Positions 40,051 to 53,830 of a DNA stretch of 64,000 bases are shown here, one piece after another. The translations under genes were made by a program, and so were the position numbers. Below the pieces are notes generated by a model. It made no database searches and was not told the DNA's origin. It saw only the letters and a list, made by a program, of their open reading frames with translations. The stretch lies in assembly GCA_013265495.1 (NCBI GenBank), contig MU058844.1:13848184-13912183 (forward strand), written 5' to 3'. Positions within the stretch are counted from its first letter, which is position 1. Every line of letters starts with the position of its first letter. The DNA comes from Vicugna vicugna (taxonomy: Eukaryota).

Positions 40051-43000
40051 GACTTAGTTTACTTTAGTTCAACGGAAGTTTTATAGGGGGCTCTCTATGT
40101 GCATAAGACTGAGAGTATAAAGAATAAATGATTTTCTCAGCTCTGAGAAAGTTCACAGTCTGTCAGGAGTAGGGGCAGGGAGAATGTGGGAGATTGACTT
40201 CAGGGTAGAATATTATGGGAACCTAAAAAGGGGGGCAATAATCATTGACATAAGGAGTTACAGAGATAGTCGCTACTGCTCTTTAGTACCTTCTCCATAT
40301 TGATGATTCTGCAGATCTTTATGGCCTTAGAGCAGGTAGTTAAGGGTTGGAATCTATTTTCAGTGCTGCTCTAGTAGATTTGGGATATGATTCTTCTTCT
40401 AACACAACTCGCCATGCAGAAGACAGCCAGGGAAGTTTTTTTAAAGGAGTAGAAGGAGTCCCACATCTCCACAGTGAAGCCGTCCATTTTCTCCCAGTAA
40501 GAATTCATATTTTCAGTCTGTCCATTCCCACAAAACTCTGTTTACATGTGTCATGTTAGTTGTATCCTGAGTCTTACCTAATTACAGATGTTCAGTAAGT
40601 GTAGGTGAAATGCACATATAATACGTTTCTTGAATAGGATGTAATATACTATAATTCTTTTGATTCCTCTGTCTACCTGTGTGTAAAATTTTAAAAAGAA
40701 CTGTCTGTAAATACCATGGTGGGTTAGAGACTTTGCCATTAGCTGTCTAGGTGACTTTTTAGGCTTTTTATCATCCATAAATTAAACAGGTTAGACAAAA
40801 TGCTTTTATAAGTCTAAAATTCCCTTTTCTATTAATTTGTAATAGATAAAAACCAATTAGAATACATTTACTTGCTATATTTAAGGTAACAATATCACTT
40901 TTATACCACATCCTGCTAAATTCAATAATCTTTATTTATTTGCAATTAACTAGTAAGAACAAGAATACATAGATCAATTCCAGGTCCAAAATATATTGGA
41001 TTTATTGAAATTAATATTTTAATTTCATTTATTAAATGGTGAATGACTACTTAAGGAAAAAGAACATATGGCTTAAAGTCGGGTCCGTGTAATATAATTA
41101 CCTTATTCCAGTAGTAATAGACTGCTATCTATTTCAGTAACATTAACTGAAATTAAGTGAAGTTATTTGATTTGGTTATTATCCAGATCTTTCATTTTTT
41201 GCATGCAAATGAATTATTTCAACTGAGCATCAATTGTAGCCAAAGGCTTAAATTATCTAGGAAATTTTAATTTAGTCATAAGTTGTGACATCTGTATAAT
41301 CCAAATTATAAATTATCTTGCTCCTTTCGAAAAAAAAAAAAAAACAACTTACTGTTACTTCTAATGATGGGAAGAGCACAATATAGTTCCAGCTTTGTCT
41401 TTGTAGGAAAATATTAATCTTTACTATATTAGACATTATATAAAAACAAAATTTGTAGCATAACTCAGGCAGACAAGAAATTCTATTGTGACACTTTAAC
41501 ATTGCCTAACTATAAAAAATAATGACAGATAAATAGTAAAGAAATCAAAAAAAATGATAAAGAAGTCTGAAGAGAAGATAGTACTCTCATAAAGTTAGGT
41601 CTTCTTGAATTATTCTTATATTTCTATAAAAGAAGAATAATGTCTTATTTTTAAGAGACAGATATTTGATATTACATGCTTCAAGATACAGTTTTGATAA
41701 TATATTTCACTTTTTTTATTGGTGCATTTTTATTTTTATTGGGATGTGTAGCATATTGAAAACACGAATGTAATTTTACTTCAGGAGGTCACGGGAAGCT
41801 GTTCATACCAAATGCTGTCTTTGAGTATTTACAAAATTTAAATTTTAGAAAAACTGAAGAACTGACAATATATATATTTGTAATATTATAATCATGATAC
41901 TTATAAAAACTATAAATAATTAAATTTGAGTAAAATCACATGGTTACCAATTTTTAAAATGTTAGGATTAGATCAAACTAGAACTTCACCTGAGGCACAC
42001 CAGTACATTGAATGACTATTTTCCCAGTACCGTTGACATCTTTTGGAGAAACTGAGCCAAAAATTGTTGACTCTTAACTGTTTGTGTCCCCACCAGGTAT
42101 TCACTGAATCCCAGTGATTCAGCCTTGCATTACCACTGAAATCCATTTTTTCAAGTGTTGATAATTATATTTAATTTTATATTTTGCTTTGGTAATGTAA
42201 ACACCAATAAGAATCAAATTAGTGAATAAGGATTGTTAGATGGTCAAATAGTAAAGAAATTCACTGATTATTTTCCCTTTCCCACCTGTCTAGTTGCCTA
42301 TGCTATTTGAGGAAATATATACCAATTTCATAAATGTATATAACTTTTGTATATTTGTTGATGCTGTGCTACACACAGATGTATATAGTGGAGTATATAT
42401 ACTCACAATCCTAATAATGAATACTAAAAAATTTTTCCTGGAGTGAAAGTTGTAAATGATATACTTTAATGGAGAGTTGAGTTCGCAAAATTCAAGCATG
42501 ACACAATAAAATTTTTAAAAAGGGAACATTTTCTGATCAGTTACATTCAAAGTTAAAGGCTATGCACCCTGTCACAAGAAATAAACTTGGAAATGACATT
42601 TTTGAGCATAATTTCTATTGTCATTTCAAAGTCCACTTTTGAAAGCATTCAGCTTGTTGGGAACAGTTGCTGCTGCTGACAACAGCGAGCAAGATTTCGA
42701 TGGGAAGAAATTTTAACCTGTCTTCTACTAACAACAATAACAAAAACAACAACAAAAATCAGACGTCATTTCTGTATCTTCTCTATAATTCCTATAATTT
42801 AGACAAATATGTATTCAGCTTTCCTAATACAATTATATGAAACACTTAATTTACTTCTTGATCAGAAAAATGTAGTGTAACTCAAAATTTTTTCCAGGAA
42901 ATGAAAAATTATAATCATTTCAAAACAAATTGGGACACCTTATTGAAACAGTCACAGCCATAACATGGCGCTGCCTCAATGAAAGATAAAAGATGTTATG

Positions 43001-44223
43001 GAGAGGTGATATTGTTTATCCAATGTGGCTTCTTTTTGGCTTTAGAATCTTTTACAATCTAAAAAGAGAGACTGCATTTTATAGCACTTTAAAGTAGGGT
43101 ATTAATGGAATAAAGGAACAAGGGAGGTAATGAAAGGTTATTTCAAAATAGAATTTAAAAGAGATTAAGTGACCTACATATCAGTTTTTGCCTCTCCGCA
43201 TTTATCTACCTTGGAATCAGTCTGGTTTTAACAACTTAATAAAGGTTTCAAACATGATGGGAAGTTTTTTATATTGTATTTACATGTTAGGCACTGATAG
43301 CTAGGAAATCATTTTTGTAACACCAAGAAAGTGAAAATTATGTAATTTTTTTTTTGTTGTAAAGGTTCAAAATTTATCCACAGTATTATGAATCAGTTTT
43401 GGGGAAAAATAAAAATTAGTCGTGAAAATTAACACGTTGGCAAGCTAAATAAGGAAGTGCAGGCGTGCTTGACCAGTCCTGCCTCTGCAGCTTACTTTCC
43501 TCATCTGCTTCTCAGCCGCCTAAACACGTTCACCATAAATTGTCTAAGGATTTGTCCCGTCTCTGCTCCATATGCATGCTCTGCTGCCAAAATGTATAAA
43601 AAGAAACTTAAGGATCTCAAACATTTTTTTTTTTTGAGTTTACCGCCAAGATTCTCAGTGATTGTTTATTGTGTGAAGTATTTGAGCTGATTTAGTTCAT
43701 GAAACGACTGCTGCTTCCGCCCCGCTCTGCGCCCACTTCCGCCCTCAGCCCGTTGCTAACTTGCCCCATCACTGTCCTCCTCCTTTCATTCTGGGCGTTG
43801 AAAATCATTTTTGTTTGCAGAATAATTGCCCTTCCAGGATCAGACAAGGCAGGTGGATGCTCAGGGGATGCTAATCATTGGGCACCAGTTGACAAGTTTC
43901 TAATATATAAATTGAACATGCAGTGACTTTTAATTTCCAACTGCTCATGATACTCACTCAACATGGTGTTTTCTCCATCTCATTGCACTGCCTGCGATTT
44001 TTTTTCTTGCTCATAGAGAAAAAGCCACCCAGCTACCCTAATCCTGAATCTGCCTCTGTGTCCTTCCTTTCAGGTCTCCTTCCCCATTGTATGTTCCCAC
44101 CCTCAGCCTCTGTTCTGACACCTTCCTGTGCCTGTAGCAGCCTGGGCCATGATGCAATTCTTTTCGTTCACCTGGTCCCATGAAAGTCCCAATCCATTTT
44201 TACTGTGAATTAACTAATTCAGT

Positions 44224-44588
44224 ATTGTAGACTAAATTGTATCTCCCTCTCACTCCCAAATTCGTACGTTGAAGCCCAAACTGCCAATGTGACTGTATTT
44301 GGAGACAGGGCTTTTTAAGGGAGTCATTAAGGTTAAATGAGGCCACAAGGGTGGGGCCCTAATCCCTTAAGACTGGTATCTTATCCTAAGAGGAAGAGAT
44401 CCCAGGAATGAGCACACACACACAAAAAGCCACCAGAGAGAAGGCAGTCCTCTGCAAGCGAGGAAGAGAGGTCCTGCCTTAGTCTTGAACCTCCAGCCTC
44501 CAGAAAGCAAGGAAATAAAGTTCATTGTTTTGTTTAAGTCACCTAGCCTATGTTACTGTGGGTAATGGCAGGTTGAACGGACTGAAAA
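44224..44588 (+). mobile_element. MaLR LTR (MLT1A/MLT1B-like)
   Basis: aaattcgtacgttgaagccc, aatgtgactgtatttggagacagggc, aaggttaaatgaggccacaagggtggggccctaatcc, ccagcctccagaa, AATAAA at 44514. Confidence 0.88.
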
Positions 44589-45039
44589 ATCCAGATTATC
44601 TTTCATTTCCCTGTTATTCTTCTACCTTCTTGTCTAAGTGAAACCCAGCTTCCCCTGAGATTGCTTTTAATTAGCAGTGCCTCCTTTTGCCATTCCTTGA
44701 GAAGAGGTGCGTTTTTACTTTCTGTCCTGCTGCGAAGTTCATACCACTGTTCTGAAGCCTTCATCAGTCGGAACAAAGTTTCTCCAAGTAGTTTATGCAT
44801 TTAGGTCATCCCCTTTCATTGAAATTACCCACAGAATTTCTGAATCGCTTCCAGACTTTCTTGTGAACATTGGACTTTTTCACCTAGATTTTAGATGCTG
44901 TCCTCTGCTTCAGTATGTATAGAAATTCACAATTCTTGAATTTAATCATTTTCTGAACCCTTTAATTCTGCTTTCTGTATGTTACAGTGGTCTTCAAGTT
45001 GTTTTATGCAAAGGCTCTGAACTCTGGACAAAGAAAGGC

Positions 45040-45591
45040 TGTGGTGGTTTTAAAATACTACCTTAATTCTTGATATTTCTCCCTTCCACCTGTGGTGTTT
45101 GATTTCCCCCCTTTGAATGTGGGCTGGATTTATCTCACAAATAGAATATGGAGAAAGTGATGGTACATAAAGAAACTGCTGAGACTTGGTCATAAAGGCG
45201 TCACATTTTCTCCCTTGTTCTCTCTCTCTCTCGGATCCCTCACTCTGGGGTGGGCGGCTGACGTGTTGTGATGTTGTGATGTTGTGAAGACACTCAAGGA
45301 GCCCTCTGGAAAGGCCCTCATGGTAAGAAACTGAGGCCTTCTCTCAATCAACAATGAGAAATTGAGGTCTCCTGCCAACGGACGGTGTGAGCTGTCTTAG
45401 AAATAGATCTGCCAGCCCCAGCTAAACCTCAAGTAACCATAGCTAGTGGCTGAAATCTTGACTGCAACCTCGTGAGAGGCCTGGAGCCAGACCACCCAGA
45501 CCCACCCTGACTGATATGAAATTAGTATATTTGTTGTTTTAAGCTGCTAAGTTTGGGGGTAATATTTACATAGCATCAGAGAACTACAACA
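45040..45591 (+). mobile_element. MaLR LTR (MLT1F-like)
   Basis: tgtggtggttttaaaata...ccctttgaatgtgggctgg...atcttgactgcaacctcgtgaga...ttgttgttttaagctgctaagtttgggggtaat...aaca. Confidence 0.85.
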
Positions 45592-45649
45592 ATGTCTGGA
45601 AGCATGGGAGCATGAGATTAATTAAAAGACTACGGCAGTTTCTCAAAGA

Positions 45650-46230
45650 GGTGATTGTCGCTTGGCCTCCAGTGAGTTGGTGAATTAGACACTGAAGAGA
45701 GAAGGAAAGGGAGGCACCAGGATAACCTCTCATTTTTGACTTGAGTAACAGTGTTCCAGCTACTGAGATGAAGAGGATGTAGGGAAGAACAGATTTGGGG
45801 GGAAAGAAATTTAGGAATTTGGTAAACCTACTTGGCATCATGTCCAGTGATAATGACAGGAAGACAGTTGAGCAAGAAAGCAGTCTAGAGCTCAGTGAGG
45901 TCAAAGCTGAGGATATAAATTCAGAATCAGAGGCAAATGGATTTAGGTTTTAATAATTGGACCATATCAGGTCACCTAGACATAGAAGAAAATCTGAAGC
46001 CAAGTTCTTTGTTGCTCCATCATTTGGACATCAGATGGAGGAGAGGACCTAGCAAAGAAAACTGAAAAGTATTGTCTGGAGAAGTGGGGAGGAAATCAGA
46101 ATCACATGGTATCCTGGAAGTCATTTAATGAGAGTGTCTCAAAGGGAAAGGACCCTTCGCGTTTACTGCTTTTGAGAGTGAGAACTGAAGCACATCCATT
46201 GGAATTGGCCTCTGACTTGCAACTGATGGC
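45650..46230 (-). mobile_element. L2 fragment
   Basis: agaacagatttgggggga, agtctagagctcagtgagg, gagaactgaagcacatccattggaattggc. Confidence 0.7.
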
Positions 46231-46827
46231 CTCTCCAAGGGCTAGCATCTCTAACTGGAGAAATACCAATGGAAGGCAGACTAAGCTGGGTAGATGGCTA
46301 GCTTTTACACATTTTGTCTCTTTATCATTGAACGGGCCATTTTTACCTTTATTTGAGGCATTTATTTATTTATATCAGTCCCCCCAAATAGGTTACATGC
46401 TCCTGTGCACAGGAACTTCTCTTGGTTTCTCCAGAATCTCACAACAGAGAGCCTTCAACTTAATTGTTGTACAAGAAGTATTTATTAAATTGAATTAGAT
46501 TCTTTTACAACCAATAAAGAAATTGCAGAGCAGGGAAGAAATAAAACTGTAGGACATTAAAAAAGTCCTGTGAAAGATGACTATAACCATTCGAGATGGA
46601 CTTTTAGGGATACAAGTTCCTTCTTCAGTCCCAGTCCTTTCAAAAGCTTACCCTGTCTTAAAGAAATTTTTACATTTGTAAAATCAAAATCAGCGAAAGC
46701 ATGTTGGATGTACAAAAACTGTTAAATGGCTTGAGATGGCTGATTTGCTTAGTATTCCTAAAATGTGTCCCTAATTCAAACAAAACAGGGACAAAACCTA
46801 CACAAAATTCTTGCTATTGCAAAATTG

Positions 46828-47040
46828 TTTTTTCTTAATTATTATTTTATTTTATTTTTTAATACATTTTTATTGAAGTATAGTCAGTTTGCAATGTTGT
46901 GTCAATTTCTTGTGTCCAGCACAATACTTCAGTCATATAGGAACATACATGTATTTGTTTTCATATTCTTTTTCACCATAAGTTACTACAAGATATTGAA
47001 TATACTTCCCTGTGCTATACAGTATAAACTTGTTTATCCC
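46828..47040 (-). mobile_element. Young L1 3' end (camelid-type), antisense
   Basis: ttttattgaagtatagtcagtttgcaatgttgtgtcaatttc...ttccctgtgctatacagt; reverse complement of the same family as 18046 and 21364. Confidence 0.9.
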
Positions 47041-48589
47041 AAATTGAAGTTCTAAAAAGAAATAAGATGATAAAAAAAAAGTAGGCTATGAATGAAACCC
47101 TAAAGCACAGGTCACACTTACCTTTTCCTAATTAACTACTTTCAGCATATATTTTAAAAGAAATGATTTACCTTTAAGAATGAAACCAACTGAAGTTGTG
47201 AGTGTCACTTTAGAGCTTACAGCATTTTAAAGATTGTATAATATGGAAAAGAGACACTGTAGGTTTCTCTCTAAGTCAGCACTGTGCAAGCACAAGAGAC
47301 TATTAACTGTAGGATTTTGTAGCTCTATTAAATATTCAGAAGCTTCCCTTCTGTTGTCTCTATATCAAGGGCAAGTCCTGTATACCTTGCTCTGAAAGCT
47401 CTGAAATGAGCTAAATAACCTGTGAAAACAACTATTTCTTTCTCTAACTAGAAAATAGAAGAAAATTTTTAAAGTATGAAAAGGAGGAGGAGGAACCCAG
47501 CTCATACTTGTCCATTCATACAAGTTTCAGGCTTTCTTAGATACTTGTAGGATCAAAATGTTGTAGTTAACTTTGTCCAAATAATGAACACACAACTGTT
47601 TTATTTCCTGATACCCATTTGCCTGGTTATCTTTAGTTATGTAGAACCAGTGTTTGGTTATTATTACCATGGGTGAGGACCTTGAAAAACTACTACATAT
47701 AAAGATCTGCAAGACAAATCAGGAATAAAGCTTAGTGATTTCATTCTCTTGGTTTTGTTGCTTTTGCACAATTGACCGGAGTTTAGCATTTGTGTGTGCA
47801 TGAGTGTTTGCACATACAAATGTGTATGAAATGCTATTTATTGGAATATTGTAATATTTATTTTCTAAATATTTGTGTTCAGAAGAGTTGAACGTTACTG
47901 TTTTAAAAAAAGTGAATTTGGAGAAGCAATATATGTTACAAAACAGAGTTTTGACCTTAGTCTACACCTCAGTTTACTTTTCTTTAAAATGGGAAAATAG
48001 AATCTAATGTGCAATATGTTTGCAGGATTAAGAGATGTAAATTATTTTTTAGGACAGATGCCCTCACTGAATTTTACCTTAATAAGTAAAACCTCTTGGT
48101 TTTAGTTTTTGTTTTTAATTGCTACCTTTTAAATGACTAAAGCAATATTGCTCTTGGCAGTTTAAAACTATTCCTAGATTTTTAATTATCACTTACTAAT
48201 CCAATAAACTGTAATTGGTGCCATGGCCCTGATTTCTTACTTTCCTGATACAACAGAACAACAGGTATGGAATTAGATTTGGGGGGGGTAGACTTAGTTA
48301 AAAACAGGATAAACTACAATTATGTAGTTGCCAAAGTTTGCTGATTGTTTATGGATAGAAAACGTCTATGATTTAGACAATTTTGATGATAGTATTCAGA
48401 AATAATTGGTATTTCATTACTAAACTCTTCACGTTTTCAAAAATACGGTCTGGTGCTGTATTAGCTAAATAACTTTTTCTGTTTTCTAGAATTAGCCCAT
48501 TTTGCTTATTCTGATAGCAGAGCTAAAAAATTTTAAAATTTGTAACGATCCCTATGAACCCAACTGGCTTTCTGTTGTGAATGCACTAA

Positions 48590-48632
48590 TGTGTGTGTGT
48601 GTGTGTGTGCATGTGTGTGTGCGTGTGTGTGT
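48590..48632. repeat. Interrupted (TG)n microsatellite
   Basis: Direct reading. Confidence 0.9.
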
Positions 48633-49029
48633 AACACTTACTAGTTTGTTAATCCCTTGAAATCTGGATTCTCTCTTGTTTCTTTACTGAAAGTGCTTCA
48701 AGGGAAACTAATGATGGCCTGATTATCTCATCTAAAAGCCCTTTCTCTAGTTTTATCTTTGAACTCTGCAGAAACTGGCACTGTGAATCCGTCCTCCTTG
48801 AAGCTTTCTCTTTCCTTTTCATCTCTGACATTGCCGTGCTCTTATCACTCAAACTGACAGTCCGTTCCCTTATTAGTCTTAGTTTATACTTTTCTTCCTA
48901 ATCTATTATGTTTGTTGTTTTCATAAGCCTTTTTAAAAATCCATTTGGGGGAAGTGGTTGGGTGTGAATAAGTGAACCAGAGTTGAGTTAAACCTTACGT
49001 TTGGTGTGGCCGTAGTCTTCACTGTTGCT

Positions 49030-49810
49030 TCTTGTCAGTATTTATTGAGCACCATCTCAGTGCCATTGGCATAAAATAGGAATAAAAATTTCTGCTGTCA
49101 CAAGCTCGTGTTCTACCAAAGGAGCAGAAATAAAATACTGCAGAAATGAGGTAAGTGCTGTAGTAGAGATATGAATAGGACCCTAAGAAGAAAGTGCTTA
49201 ATTTTGCCTCAGATTTCAGGGATTTATTTCAGAGACCAGGTGGTTTCCGAGTTGAGTCTTGAATAATAAGTAGATCTTTGCCAGTCATACAAAACAAAGA
49301 GGTGTATTTCAGACAGACCTGCATGTACAGAAGCATGAGAATTGGAGTGCTTTATACATCATAGAAGATGATGAGATTCACAGTGGAAAGGTATGTAAGG
49401 TCCACATAAAGGAATTTCTTGAATGATGTGTTAAGAACATCGTGTGTTACCCTGTAATTGGGAGCCATTAAACTGTGTTAAGCAGATGAGTGACATAATC
49501 ACCTTTGTTCCCATAAAGAAGTGCTTATTTCTAGTAACCCAGGAAAAGCTAATTAAAGGCAAGTTAAAAGCTAAGCCATTGACACTGAGGGAAGGGAGAA
49601 AAATACTAAAGATACTTCAAGTCTGAGAATCTACGTGATTCAGTGATTCGACAGCCAAAGGTGTTTGGAAAAAAAATAAGGATCTGTGTACCAAGCTGGT
49701 TAATTGGTGAATGATGGTTCAAAATAACAGAAAATGTAATGAAATAGGAAGATCAGATATTGGGCAAGTAGAGTTTGAAGTTCCTCTGAAAATAATAAAA
49801 TGTATAGAAG
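49030..49810 (-). mobile_element. L2 fragment, continuing after the MLT2 to about 50500
   Basis: tatttattgagcacc, gttgagtcttgaataataagtag, gggagccattaaactgtgttaagcagatgagtgacataatc. Confidence 0.7.
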
Positions 49811-49814
49811 TCAC

Positions 49815-50299
49815 TGTGATAGTTCATTTTATATGTCAGCTTGACTGGGCCAAGGGGTACCCCAGTTGCTGGTAAAACATTATATCTGGACGTATCTCTG
49901 AGGGTTTCTGGAAGAGTTTAGTGTCTGAGTCAATCCACTGAGTAAAGAAGATCCCCTCACTAGTGTGGGAGAGTGTCTTCCAGTCTGTTGAGGGCCAAAT
50001 AGAACAGAAGGGTGGATTACCTTGAGTGGGGACTCCCGGCCACAAACATTGGCACTCCTGGTTCCTGGGCCATCAGATTCAGACTGGGACATGCACCATT
50101 GGTTACCCTGGCTCTGAGGCTGTCAGACTTGGACTGGGACTGCACCACTGGCTTTCCTAAGCTCCAGCTGGCAGACAGCAGATCATGGGACCTCTCCATC
50201 TCTGTAATCTTGTGAGCCAGTCCCTCATAGTAAATCTCTTTTTGTATACCTATATATATTCTATTGGTTCTGTTTCTCTGGAGAACCTGGACTAACAGA
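49815..50299 (+). mobile_element. ERVL LTR (MLT2-family)
   Basis: tgtgatagttcattttatatgtcagcttgactgggcca...ctattggttctgtttctctggagaacctggactaa are diagnostic MLT2 termini. Confidence 0.92.
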
Positions 50300-50799
50300 G
50301 TCGTTCTTTTAATTAATTTAATTAATTTTAATTGCCTTCAAATTGTTTATTACTTAAGTGAGACTGAAGGAATTATGGGGAATTATGATTATGAATCACA
50401 GAGAAAAGGCGTAAGTTGAAGGCTGACATTTTATGTATTGATGGCAGTTGGAATTGTGGAAATAGCTGAGATTATGAAAGATTTCCAGAGATTCCAATAT
50501 TTTAAAGCAGTGGATGCAGATATTTTCTGATTATTCCAGATTTCTGTGAATAGTGAGAATTCCTAACATTATGGCTAACTTTATTCTTAAGTTTCAAAAT
50601 TACTAAAATAATAAATGCATTATTTATTTATTTTAAAATCTGGTGAAGCAGCTAATTTAATTGAAGATCACCTTGGAGACCTTGTGATCTTGTATGGAGT
50701 GACTGGTGGGTCTCATTAGTTATATACAGAAGGGGTAGGAGACACCTGTCTTCCTGGATTATGATATAACCCAGTGATGTGAGCAAAGGTATTTTTAAT

Positions 50800-51122
50800 G
50801 GAAAATAAATTTTTGAAAAGAATAACATTTGTAAAAAGAAAAAATGAAGTGAGAAGAGTGGTATTGTTTTACATTTTTGCAAATCTCTTTCATGTCTGGC
50901 TTCATAGAAGTTGGCTGGATACTCATATCTCCTTGTGCATTGTCTGTTGTAAAACCACGTCATGTAGCCTCTGGAAAACTTCCCTGTAAACTGGTGAGAC
51001 AATGACAATGTAAATGACAAAAAGTATTTTAATACCATTGCAAGGCTAATTTTGATTTTATTGACGTGAACAAAGGTCTCAGGACCACCAGAAGTCCCCA
51101 GGCCACACTTGGGTAGCTGTTG
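50800..51122 (-). mobile_element. Charlie1-family hAT terminal fragment
   Basis: agtgagaagagtggtattgttttacatttttgcaaatctcttt...cacgtcatgtagcctctggaaaact...gtccccaggccacactt. Confidence 0.8.
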
Positions 51123-53339
51123 ATGTAGTTAAATTGCTAAAGCAAGCAGCATTAATGTCGACCCTACTGAGTTTCCAATTACATAGCCAATCAGTCCCCT
51201 CCTGATTTTAAATATGGCTTTTCTGCATCTTGTAACAAAATTACTTTACACATGGGCTTTTGTTTTGTGAGCTATGAGAAAGATGCCTTTGCCCTCTAGG
51301 AAGAATTTGCAACTATTTGTGCAAATAGTGCCCAAGGCCTTCAGGTAAAGGAGGAAATGAGACTCTCGTGTCCTCTGTCCACATACGGATACCTGTGGAG
51401 GTAGACTAGAGTGCACTGGAGGGGTCCTGAGCCAGGCTGGGTAGCAAGGAAGAGCAGATATCCACTAAACAAAGTGATCTCGAGGAGGAGAGGAAACCAA
51501 AGCCCTAACTTAAATATGTAAATATGTTTGGGAATGGGTCAGCTCCATTGGAGCTATGGCTGGGCTTGGAAGACTCTTGGGACTCAGCTACCTGGGCATA
51601 AATCATGTTTATAGAAGGGACTGCTGGGCAAGCAGACATGGAAAACAAGAATAATAATATTTGAGACTGAAGCTTGGGACACCCTGTGGTGTACGTACAT
51701 CAGAGGTGGCACTGCAGGGTAGACTGACATACGCATCACTGGGTAGAGTGTGTTTTACCCACAATGCATAGTGGCTGAAGAAACAGATTTATCAGTCAGC
51801 AAATCTTTGGCAGGTGTTCTTAAGCTAGTCACCTCCCTTCACCTTTAGCTAACTCTCTGTTCACCTCCCTCAGTTTCAACTGAGTAAAATCAAGGCTTCT
51901 TAAATGTTCATTTTTGAAAGTAACTGTTAGCCTAAAGAAGGATATACTGGGACTCATGGTTAATAGGGCTTAAAATGTGACCCCCTCAGTAATCTTAGGT
52001 CATGGTGGTGCCTGTCACGTCATTCCAAGCCAAACTGAATCTTTTAGAAATTAAGACAAAGTAATATATGCTAAAGATGGAAAATCTGGGGAGAGTTTTC
52101 AGTATTTGGAATTTAAGAATTACAGCCCATGTTTATGTTGTGAAATGACTATAACCTATTATTATTATGACTGAAAGGTGTAGACTTTTTCTTCAGTCTA
52201 ATGAAACAATTATAAAAATTTTTTTCACGAAATATGTCAGTTGCACACTGAATTTCACTGTGAGACTTAGAGAAGTAAAATGATATTGTCTATTTATATT
52301 TAATGGCTTTTAATTCTAGTTCTCTAACTTTGAACACCATAATGCATTATGATAATACTAACATTATGTACAGTCCTCTGTTGCCTGTATCCTGGAGAAT
52401 TTTGCTTGGGTATGAGTGGATAGGTCCTGATGGTAAAAAAACAACTGAATTTCAATGATATCAGTCTGTGGCCTAGAAAAAAATTGTAGAGAGAATGGTG
52501 TGTATGTTGGATAAAGATATCAAAAACATGGTGGAAGATATTTATCAGGAGCCATGTAAGTCTCAGTGGCCAAAGGTAATACTTGGATATATTTTCTTGA
52601 TTTAAGGAATCTAAATCTTATATTGTTTTATGTCAATTTCTATATCTGTCTATATAATTTCTATACCTATCTATATTTAATCTATACCTACTATGTATAG
52701 TACATGTCTATTCACACGTATGACACATTTTACATGTAGATATCAATATACAAGATGACATGTTATAAACACAGATTATATAGTTACCTGTAGCTTAATC
52801 TTCACCTTCTTCACTGAATTCTGAATTTAGTGATCATGTGGGTGTATTGCAGCCCCATTAAGGAAAGAGCAGTTTTCTTCAATATAATTCAGTACTGCAA
52901 ATGCAGTAAAGTTTGTGGAACTTCTTTTAAATGTTAAAACTTGGATGAAGAGAAGTTGATTTTACCAGCCTCAGAAGAAGGCAACGTAGTTGTCAGCTCT
53001 GCGTGGAGCCAGCTGATACCGGGTTCTGCTTGTTCCTGTTTGGCTGGCCCTTGAGGATAGACTTACTAATGGAAGAGACTTTTTCTCTCTCTGGAGACCA
53101 CAGTTCTGTGAACACCACCATGCTTTTGTTAATTACAGCAAAGCTAGTGTATGGGACTTGAATATGTACATAATTAAGAGCATCTGCTGAGTTTCAGGTG
53201 CTGTAGAGAAAGAGAAAAATTGCAGACTGCCAGCATATAATTTTTATGGACAAATAAAATCAGCTTAATGATCATTGAGAATGAAGATTCAGGTTTAATC
53301 CTTTCTTGGTCATTATTTTCTTTGAACTTTGTCTTAAAA

Positions 53340-53830
53340 TTAAACTTACATTACATGATTAACAATTTTGTGAAAAAGTTACACTTCGCGGACATTTGTA
53401 AAATTAGTTGAGATTCTCCATTAGCAATGCACTCACTCAACACCACCCTTACTACATAACCAGATGTAGCCATTGTGGAGAACACAGTATTTCTATTTAT
53501 TTCTGTGCACTAGTCGTACAAAAAGAAAGAAATGGGATTAGACTCTGCATATTGAGTAGAATCTGGCACATAGTATGACCTTTGTGTCAGGTTGTTGTTT
53601 AATACGTTTCATTGGAGGTCATTCTGTATTAGTACGAGCTGAGCTACTCCATTCTTTGTAATGGAATATCATGACATACCATTGACTCATGGACATTTAC
53701 ATTTTTTCTGGGTTTTGGGTTTTTTTGGTACAAAAATGCTAAGTGAATGTCCTTCTACATATATTCTTTTATTTTTATATACATATTTTACCAAGGTAAA
53801 TTTCTAAAAGTGGAAATTTTGGATCAAGAG
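53340..53830 (-). mobile_element. Highly diverged L1ME-type fragment
   Basis: aaatgggatta..., ctccattctttgtaatg, aaatttctaaaagtggaaattttggatcaagagg. Confidence 0.5.

Noticed and set aside
49836..50215. Four overlapping ORFs on both strands
   Set aside because: All lie within the MLT2 LTR; GC-richer sequence lowers stop frequency.
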